Of a DNA stretch of 64,000 bases, positions 1 to 10,300 are shown piece by piece. Origin of the DNA: Mytilus trossulus (lineage: Eukaryota); contig NC_086379.1 of the NCBI RefSeq assembly GCF_036588685.1, positions 48,484,001-48,548,000 of the forward strand. The letters run 5' to 3'. A program made the position numbers and the translations under genes. The notes under the pieces were generated by a model. It was not told where the DNA came from, did no database searches, and saw only the letters and a program-made list of their open reading frames with translations. Each line of letters starts with the position of its first letter. Within the stretch, counting starts at the first letter, position 1.

Positions 1-113
1 TTTAAGACAGTCTAAGGTAATATGTATGTAGCCAATGAGCAACATCAAGCAACAGTTGAGTGTAAATGGCATGTATAGTATTTCTGTAGCTTTCCATGGT
101 TGATAGTTATATA

Positions 114-843
114 TGTCGTGTACAAGTTGCAATTTTGTACAGGTTATAACATGTACCAAAATATTGTACACGTTATAATTAGTACGATTCCAAAATACAA
201 GTTTTAACATGTACAAAAGTACCTCGTACTTGTTATAACACGTTCAAAGTATAATGCTTGAAACGATTTTAACCTGTACAATATTTAAAAATAATATTTA
301 AGCAATATATACATTCACGATTGAAATTTAGCAAATAAAAAAGAAAATAATCAAATGTAAATGAAGTTATATTATTTACACTATGCATAACATACCTCAT
401 TTTCATACATTTAAGAAAGAAGTTGTTTTACTTGTTGCTACAAGACAGAGACATGTGACACCTTTGAGTTGCACACAGCATTCATACTTCTACATTTTTA
501 ACTGCCTTTCTTACACTGATAATGCACACAACTTTGTCCTCCAATAAATGATATCTTACGCACCATCTCTCTCAAACTCATATCACTCATTGGGACTTCA
601 GACATATTTAAAGTTGCATTTGTAAGAAATTGAACCTGGTTTCTACTCAAGTGTCCCTTTATTTGTGCATCTAAGTCTTTAGTGCCAATTTTATAACCGC
701 CATGTATATTCACATTCATCACCAAGCCTGGTATGTTTTTCTCATCGGCAAGGCCCTTATCAGTGAACGGAATAGGAATGATAATATAATCACATTGGAA
801 GGAAATATTATAACCTGGACAAAATCGCAACTTGTACACGACT
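114..843 (-). mobile_element. Internally deleted Ginger-like (KRBA2/SCAND3-type integrase) DNA transposon relic
   Basis: Inverted termini TGTCGTGTACAAGTTGCAATTTTGTACAGGTTATAA (114) and TATAACCTGGACAAAATCGCAACTTGTACACGACT (ends 843); TATA on both flanks (110-113, 844-847). ORF 498..839 has YKIGTK..SRNQ..SLRE..GGQ..C.C and a frameshifted CNSK-CH tail, typical of the C-terminus of this integrase family. Confidence 0.65.
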
Positions 844-1122
844 TATATACCTACAGTAATTATATTTGCAAACACGCTATTTTCAGCCATAATCGATACC
901 AAATGTCTGTCTTTCTTTTCATAACCATAACAACGTAATTATATTTCCAAGCACTCCAAGAAGAAACATCAGGTCGAAAATCCAATTACTTATTTAAGTG
1001 AATAATTCATACTGCATATTATTTAAAATGTATGGAATTAAATCCCACAAATATGGAAAAGCGTTTCCTTTTTAAAATGCGATTTTAACACGCCAAACAT
1101 TATTCCTAAGTATTTGTTTTAC

Positions 1123-1347
1123 CTGCGTTATCCTTCGTTTTCGTTCTTCCAGTTAAGTGGGTAGCTTTCAAACACTCTGGTAGTCTTTTTGCTAGAGCTT
1201 TTGCAGACGCCCTTGTTTTAACGAATACAATAAATCTTGAGTCCTCTTTTAATATGTAATACTCCTGGACAAGTGTGCGTATTATTTCATTAACATCAGG
1301 GTTACTTTCAACATCATGTCTCATCTCGCGTAGCACTGATGTTACAT
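1123..1347 (-). CDS. RLR exon: Hel2, motif IV
   Basis: ESNPDVNEI...DSRFIVFVKTRASAKALA...ATHLTG; CAG/GTAAA boundaries. Confidence 0.88.
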
Positions 1348-4300
1348 CTGAAACAGGAGTCCTTTTTCTAATATTCATTCAATTGCTAAATGATTTCCTA
1401 ACCCTTTAAAACTAGTGAACTGAACTAGTTAGCAATAGCTACTGTGGTACAGTTTGTAAAGCAATTTGAAAACTGTAAAATAACTCTGACGTTGAAGGAT
1501 TTAGCATGATTTACTTCGCCAAATTTGTTAGATACAAAAGTAGTTTACTAATAATAAATCGAGTCTTTAAAATCTTTTTGTAACAAGCACATAATATAAA
1601 TCAGGGTTATAATTATTCTCTGGGTAATTGAAATGATCTGAAAAAACAAAAAGGGAGTTTGAACTGGATGCGTCACGAGGATTTAAATTTCAATATATTT
1701 ATCTTAATGCTAAGATTTCGTGAAATGCTATTGAGTGGTTCCAGAGGAGTTGAGATGACAAGAATGGGGACTGACAAACGGACGGATTCAAAATCATTTT
1801 AACCTACGAAATTTGTATACTAGTCAACAAAAGAAACGATACACGACTTTGAAATACAATTTATCAAAAAGTATTAAATATAAATCAAAATGAGATATAG
1901 TGCATTATTTTGAAAAGCTTTCATTTGCAATGTATGCACATATGATAGTGAATATCAAAACCTGTCGAAAAGTAACTAAATCCCGTTTAAACGATCAAAG
2001 GATGGAGAATATATTTCCATGGTCTTTAAGTATAACTACCTTCAATATTGGTCCTATAAACGGAAGACCTCATCTTTAATTTGAAACAAAAGTCTTGTGG
2101 CGTTTCTTTTGTTGACTAGTATATAAACAGAAAACAGGTGATAAACTAATGAAGTATTTACAGATATCTCGAATCTGATAAAAAAATATACTTGCCTTTT
2201 AGTGCATCTATAATTTGTCTTTCTTGTATTGTATTTGCTTGCTGGCTTTCATCAAATAATTGTCCATGTGCATGAGTAAGCAAATCAGTAACAAGTGCAA
2301 TGTCAAGTAATGAATTCATCTCAAGAGATTCAACGTATAACTGCAAAGACATCAGAAACGAAAAAAGGTGAGAGGATTTTTCAACTTGTTTCTATAGTTT
2401 TAAGAGTGCATTTCTATCTAACTAAAGATTTGTAAACGTTGTGTGTCGTTTGTTATAGTTTGTAAAACGTTACAAATGAAGAAACAAACGCATCGTTCAC
2501 TGACCTTGTTTGAACTGTCAAAAATGTAAACAAACTTATTACGCGGGAAAATACCTTCTGTAGAAGATGTTCTAAACACACAAGACTTCTGTGTCTGCTG
2601 TTGTGTTTTTTTTTATTTTGGTCGGGTTGTTGCCTCTTTGACACATTCCCCATTTCCATTCTCAATTTTATTCTGTGCATATTCAGTTTTTACGTCCTCA
2701 TCAGATGAATGTAAAAAAGCAGCACCGAAAGGAGATACCTAAAAAACCTAAATTTAAGAAATTATTGACATTGCTATGAGTTATGCGAATCAGGAGTGTA
2801 TCTCTTTTTCTTTTGTCAGTATCAACCTTTTGTAAGTGGGAAACATATGAATAATTACATAATTGATTCAATGTTTAAGTTAGAAAGAAATACAGCATTT
2901 GTACTAACAACAGACGGACGACAAACTGTAAAAGCATTTTTAGCGAGTGCATAGTGTGTCAAAGCTTGTGCAATCTTTGTAAATTTATGTTAGAATCAAA
3001 TGATCTATAGTCGCCGTCAGCTGAAATTCGTAGCGGTTATCAATTGAAATAATCTAAACTATCAACCACGTTCACTCGAGATATAGTTTTTCACATTCCA
3101 TTCATAAATCGCAAAAAGAAAAACCACTACTGACCTACCTTTTAAGTGATTGCACTGTGATAATCCTGACCTTCACATTTTCCAAGACTATTTTCAATGG
3201 TGGAATCCGCCATTGTTTTTTCCGGAAGTGTTCCCCTGGAGTTCAATTTCATAACATTTGCATAAAGAGATGTATTTATAAAGGTTACTCGGGAACACGT
3301 GTATTTGTTTACTTTTAACACGTGTGTTTAAATCAAAACATGTTTATGTTTAATTTGATTGGACCATCAGTAAGTTATTACCGGTTTAAGTTATATCAAT
3401 CATGATAACTTCATGCTAGAATTTTAGCGCTAAAATTATAATAAGATATCTAGAATTGTCATTCGAGGTTCGCCTATCCGACAGAAAGGTTCGTTTTTTC
3501 TTAAATCGCCACTTGGTAAAATGTCCGAATCTTCTCCACGTCTGGAATTGAATGAAGACATACTACTCGAAGGAGATAATAGTTTACCGCCACCTAATAT
3601 TCATAAAGCAGCTGATAAGTCGTCTGATTTGGTAGATACTGTAGAGCTTTTTAAGACAATTTTAGACAGCAAGTTAGGTGAGTTGAAATCTGAACTCATA
3701 CAAGAACAAGATTGCCTTAAGAGAAAAATTAAGGAGGACGTCACTCTAAAATTTAAGGGGGAAGGAAACAGAATTCAGTACACCTTTAACGAGGAATTAT
3801 TAGACACTGTTAATAAACTTTCAAAATTCATCCCTAACTCCAATACTCAAGCCTATAGATTAGTTCTTGACATAACTGATAAGATCAAAAGCCGTAATAA
3901 GAAAATACGCATAGCTGATGCTTCCCCTACTGGTTGGGGAACCGTTAGGGAATACGAATCCAATGCCGTGGCTTCAGATTCTGAAGATGAGAGAAAGATA
4001 CGACAAGCTGAGACCAGAGCTATCCGTACCTCCAAGGAGAAGTCAAAATCTCGCCAGCAACCTTACCCTAAAAATCCGCCTCGTCAACAACCTGCGGAAT
4101 CTTATGGTAACCCTGCTTACGCTCAGCATTATCAACGTAATCAGCAACAGCCCTTTCGTGGGAGCTTCGCAAGGCGTGAGCCTTGCTCAATCGACACGTG
4201 CCACTACTGCAAGCAACAAGGCCACTGGAGAAAAAACTGTCCTCTTCTCGCCAGTCTCAGGTCATCCAACAGCAACTCCACAACCTACCAGAAGTAGTAA

Positions 4301-7300
4301 AGTAGGGCCTGAACGTCACTCTCCAGTCATTGTGAATGATAAGTATTTAGACACTATTAATGACCAATTTTCTACATGTTTTGTTGATAACGATTATATA
4401 GAATCTTTTTTAGATCAAGTTCAATATTTTGAAAATTGTCAGTCATATGATAAATTTAAAGGGGTGAAAGGTAGATTAGCTTGTCATGTAAAGTATTGGG
4501 AAAATATAGGTGCTTGTCCTTTTGTGCTTGATACAATAAAAAATGGTTATGTTATTCCATTTATAGATACACCTTTTAAAATGTACCACAGAAATAATAG
4601 ATCAGCACGGCAGAATACTGAATTTGTCACAAAGTCAATTGAAGATTTAGTTCAAATAGGTTGCGTAATTAAAGTGCCTTTTCAACCATATGTGGTAAAT
4701 CCATTGAGTGTTGCTACTCAAAAGTCCGGTAAGAAACGACTTATTTTAGATATGAGTCAATTGAATAAACACATAAAGCGCGAAAAAATAAAATTTGAGG
4801 ATTGGAAGTTAGCTATACAATATTTTGACAAAGATATGTATCTGTTTAAGTTTGATTTAAAATCTGGTTATTTTCACTTAGACATATGCTCACAGCAACA
4901 GACTTTCTTAGGTTTTCAGTGGGAAGGTCAATTTTATTGCTATACTGTTTTAGCTTTCGGAATTACTACCGGTCCGTACATTTTTACTAAATGTTTGAGG
5001 CCACTAGTAAAATTTTGGCGTGGAAACGGTATAAAAGTTGTTTTGTATTTAGATGATGGATTTGGCATGAGTCCAGATGAAAATACATGTAATGAGCAAT
5101 CGTCCTTCGTAAAAAGGTCTTTGATTGATGCTGGTTTCCTTATTAACGAGGAGAAGTCTGTTTTTAAACCTGTTACCGAGTTAGAATGGTTGGGAATAGT
5201 TTGGAACTCGAAAGAATACAAATTATCTATTACTCAACGTCGAGTTGACGATTTGATTTTCTCATTGAATGTCATTTTGGCTAAATTTCCCTATGTTACA
5301 GCTAGATATTTAGCTCAGGTTGTAGGTAGAATTATTTCTATGACTCCCGTAATCGGAAATGTGGCTAGAATTATGTCAAAGTTCTGTTACATGGAAATTG
5401 AAAGTAGAATTGGGTGGGATATTCCCATTACAGGGTACAAACCCGTCGAGGTTTTATCAGAGTTAAAGTTCTGGTTAGAAAATGTCACCATGATTAACTA
5501 TCGTAATTTATGTCATTACAGTAAATCTTCTGTTGTCATATACTCAGATGCTAGTAATATTGCCGCTGGTGCATACACCGTTGAATTAGAAAATAAGATT
5601 TTCCATAAGATGTGGACATGTAGTGAAACGGTACAAAGCTCCACATGGAGAGAGCTGAAAGCTATAGAGTTGGCCCTTTTTTCTTTTAAGAATAGTTTCA
5701 CAGGAAAAACTATAAAGTGGTTTACTGACAATCAAAATTGTGTCAAAATTGTTAATTCGGGAAGTATGAAAGAAAATCTTCATGTTATAGCAAAATCTAT
5801 TTTTTCATTTTGCATTCAAAAAGGAATATCAATTGACATTCAATGGATTCCCAGAAAAGAAAATGAAAAGGCTGATTATATCAGCAAAATGGTTGATTTC
5901 GAGGACTGGGGAGTCACACATATATTTTTCAATTTTTTAAATGATATGTGGGGTCCTTATTCGATTGACAGGTTTGCAAGTGTCGAAAATAGAAAAGTTA
6001 TGAGATTTAACTCCTTATTTTGGCAACCTGATTCTGAAGCAGTTGATGCATTTTCTCAAGTTTGGACCAATGAAAATAATTGGCTAGTTCCACCAATTAA
6101 TCTTGTGATACGATCGATTAAACACATTATAGCTTGTAAAGCTCGAGGCACGTTAGTTGTGCCTAAGTGGATTTCTGCTGCATTCTGGCCTTTGATATTC
6201 GATAAACATCTGATTTATCAAGATTACGTAAAAGATGTTATTGTGTTTAAAAATACTGATGGTATTTATAAGCAAGGTTCGAATAAGAATACGATATTCG
6301 GAATTGAACCGTTTGGTTCGCAAGTTTTGGCTGTTTTGCTAGATGCATCTTAGACATGGCCCTAATATATATAGATATATTTTAGCAGGCATGGTCTGTT
6401 TGTGACATGGCCCTAATATATATATATATATATTGTAGCAGGCATGGTCTGTTTGTGACATGGCCCTAGTATATGTATATTGTAGCAGGCATGGGTGTTT
6501 ATGTTGACATGGCCCTAGTATCGGTAATGATATTGTAGCAGGCTTGGTTTTTTATTTGACATGGCCCTAGTATCTATAATGATATTTTAGCAGGCATGGT
6601 AATTTGTTTTTACAGTTTATGGCCCTAGTATCTATAAAGATATTGTAGCTGGCGTTGAAATATTTGAATATATATTATATTTTACTGTGTATAGAAATCT
6701 GAAATATGCTAATAATTCGTCCTCTGTATATGTATATAAAATGTTATTGCAATTTTACGTTTTTCAGATATTTTTTCAGTAGGACATTGGTCAGACTTTA
6801 ATTCACAAGTTGCCTCTAATAATGATCTCAGCAGTTTGTTCAAACAGTTACCAGAATTCCTTCTTTCGTCCAAGGCTGCGAGTACTCAGAAGAAATATAG
6901 ATATGCCTTCAATTCATGGTGTAAGTGGACTAGTCAATATTCTTTTTCACCATTGCCAGCATCTCATTTACATATTTCTTTATATTTAATTCATTTGTCT
7001 GAAACTGCAAAATCGGTTTCAAAATTAAATGATGCTTTTTACGCCATAAAATGGGCACATAAATTAGCTGGCGTTGCTGATCCCAGTGAAAATAATCTAG
7101 TTGCATCTGTTCTTGAAGGGGCTCATAGAAAAATAGGTCATTCAGTTGTCAAAAAAGAACCTATCACACCACATATTTTGAAAAATATTGTATGTAAATA
7201 TGCTAATAATACTTGTAATTTAAAAGATGTAAGAATAGCATGTATGTGTTTATTAGCCTATGCTGGCTTTTTACGATTCTCCGAGTTAGCTAACTTGAGA

Positions 7301-10300
7301 AGGTCTGATATACAGTTTTCCCCTACTTACCTTACACTTCATTTAGTCAAGAGTAAAACTGATGTATATAGGGAAGGGAAAGATGTTGTCATTTCAAAAA
7401 CAGGGAATATTACATGCCCGGTAGATGTACTTCAGCGTTATCTAAAGTTAGCTAACATTCCTGAAGAATCGAATGATTTTATTTTTAGATCTATTTGTTA
7501 TTGTAAATCTTTGAATATATACAAACTTAGAAAGAGTAGTCATATTTCTTACACCAGAGCCAGAGAGTTATTGTTATCTGCACTTGACAGTTTAGGTCTT
7601 GATAAAAAACAGTTTGGCTTACATAGTTTGAGGTCAGGAGGAGCTACTGCCGCGGCAGAAGCTGGAATAGATGACCGGTTGTTTAAGAAACACGGGAGAT
7701 GGAAAAGTGATAAAGCCAAAGATGGTTATGTTAAAGAGAGTATACTCAACAGATTGTCAGTATCTAAGAATTTAGGCTTGTAATATATATTGTTTGTCCC
7801 CCCTTTTTCTTTATGTCCCTTTCTTTATCAATCGAAGCTTTCTGTGCTGTCGGGGCGAGCTGATAACCAAAAACTGTGTTGAGTTTTTACTTTGTAAATG
7901 CTTTATGTTCGTTTGAAGTATTGAATAAGAACATAAATGTATTTATAAAGGTTACTCGGGAACACGTGTATTTGTTTACTTTTAACACGTGTGTTTAAAT
8001 CAAAACATGTTTATGTTTAATTTGATTGGACCATCAGTAAGTTATTACCGGTTTAAGTTATATCAATCATGATAACTTCATGCTAGAATTTTAGCGCTAA
8101 AATTATAATAAGATATCTAGAATTGTCATTCGAGGTTCGCCTATCCGACAGAAAGGTTCGTTTCCCACCCACCCACCCTTTTTATTAAGACTTCATAGGA
8201 ATGTGAATCAGTATGTTATGTAGAAAATAGTTGATAAAATACATGTATGTAAATCGAAATGATTTTTTCTTCAACTTATAGAACATTTTTCTATTGTAGA
8301 TTGTGTTTATATGTGATGGCAGCGGTCGATGACAGCAAATTGGACATTTGTTTATTGTTTATAATAAAAAATAAGCTTTCTGTGCTGTCGGGGCGAGCTG
8401 ATAACCAAAAACTGTGTTGAGTTTTTACTTTGTAAATGCTTTATGTTCGTTTGAAGTATTGAATAAGAACATAACGGGAAACCGTATCACATCAATGAAA
8501 AGAACATTTCAGGAAACTGCGTAAATGACGAATTTCACATGTAAACAAATGATCCTCATAGAAACGAAGATGGCGGAATTACAATGGAAAACATTCTGGA
8601 AAATGTGAAGGTCAGGATTATTACAGTGCGATCACTTAAAAGGTAGGTCAGTAGTGGTTTTTCTTTTTGCGATTTATGAATGGATTGAGAAAAACTATAT
8701 CTCGAGAGAACGCGGTTGATAGTTTAGATTATTTTTACCGATAACCGCTACGAATTTTAGCTGACGGCGACTATAAACGTATTGTTGATGGACCGTTTGC
8801 ATAGTCTGTGTTAGAAGGTAAAGCACTTTAAATTTGTCATTTTATGGTCTTTTATAGCTTGCTTTATGGGGTATTGTTTTCATTTGCAAACGGTGACCTA
8901 TAGTTTAAACAGAGCTTCTAGTTTAATCTGCTTTTACCATCATTAAAATGGGAGAAGTGGACGGATACTTCTAACAAAAAAGGAGATGGTTGGCAATAGT
9001 AAAAGGTTAAACATTTTGTGCAGGTCTTCGACAAATCATTTGACATGCAAATGATTAATTTCAAACAGTTGGCTAACAGGACGTAAATAGTTTGTCGTAC
9101 TATCAGGGCCTTTCCGAAATGAGTGGGTTCTTGTCATTGTCCTCTTATTCTCTGTTCTCTACTTAAGACTGTACAATAAATATTGTAAATGTTTCTTTTG
9201 GAATTCCATATTTTTGCCGTATTTCATGTTGATTTGTCTTATTTTAAGAATTTCGTTAATCTGGTTCGATATGCATAGACGATAATTTGATGTATGTTGT
9301 AGTAAAACAAATGGTAAAAATAAATGTCTGAGGAAGAAATATTATCGTTGATAGTGTATATGATTGGAACCAATAGTCGAGCAAGTCTTTCATCAAAGAG
9401 CGCCGGGTACACTACTTTTGTTGGTGAGGTTCAAATTGGTCAGTATTTACTTTTACTTCAATTTTATTAGTTGTGCTTAGACTTTTCGTTATTCCCATTT
9501 TAAAGATATGTTGTGAATTTTCTTCATATTCCAGCTTGTTATAAATATCAATATACCTCCAAAAGTCTTAGGCAAATGTGTATTAGGCGAGGCAAATCTG
9601 CGTCGATTAACATTACACTTTCTGTTTTTCGTTGTGTTTCCTTTATCCAATGTACATATCTTCTTTCTCTTTTATTAATTGGTGGATTTTCTAGGGCGTT
9701 TAACAGAGCCTTTGTGTCCAATCCATTTACCATAAGAAATGAACTCACTGAAAAGGAAAATCTTTGTACTTTTTATTTAAAAATTATAAAATAACATTAT
9801 TATACTAACTTACAAATTTATAATGAAACTGAAGTAATTGAAAAGATAGGTTCCTTAAATTATCAATATTAGGGCCTGTATGCATAAAGCTACTTAAGTT
9901 AAGATGTTCCTTAGTAAACACTTAAGTTAAGGAAACTCCGCCCTTTTTATCAAAGTGGTATGCATAAAAAATCTAAAACTGAGTATTCTTAAGTAAAATC
10001 TTAGTTGTTTTAAGTCACGCCCACAAAACTTAAGTGGTATACATAAGACTCCTTATGCTAAGGAAACCCCTAAGATAACACTTAAGTCTAAGGTACCTAT
10101 AGAGCTTCCTTAAGTTTTCAAAAAGAGTTAAAAATCAATCGAAAGTATGCGTATTTTGCAAAACATAAATAGGTTACCTACAATTGAATTGATTAATACC
10201 TATATCAGTTATTAAATACTATTTATTCGTTTATTTATTGCTAAATATTAAAGATCGTCGTAATGTTCTTAAAATCACGTATAATCAACATCAAGAGATA

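Larger units (their letters stand above)
3270..8474 (+). mobile_element. Full-length tyrosine-recombinase retrotransposon (DIRS order; PAT-like, split direct repeats, MT domain)
   Basis: A1-gag-RT/RNaseH/MT-YR-B1-A2-spacer-B2 layout; three uninterrupted ORFs; no target-site duplication. Confidence 0.95.
3008..8773. mobile_element. TA-flanked MITE (~560 bp when empty, ~205-bp TIRs) split by the retrotransposon
   Basis: 3008-~3212 is the imperfect reverse complement of ~8570-8773 (TAGTCGCCGTCAGCT.. / ..AGCTGACGGCGACTA); TA at 3006-3007 and 8774-8775. Confidence 0.85.

Noticed and set aside
3918-4326. ATG at 3918 as the true pol start
   Set aside because: Overlaps gag in another frame with no pol motifs; frameshift or splicing is equally plausible.
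6353-6654. CRISPR array
   Set aside because: Eukaryotic retroelement context, no cas genes; the variable parts are short AT-rich loops related to each other, not unique spacers.
6836-7783. Prophage/bacterial XerCD integrase or contamination
   Set aside because: Sits with gag/RT inside split direct repeats within a spliceosomal intron.
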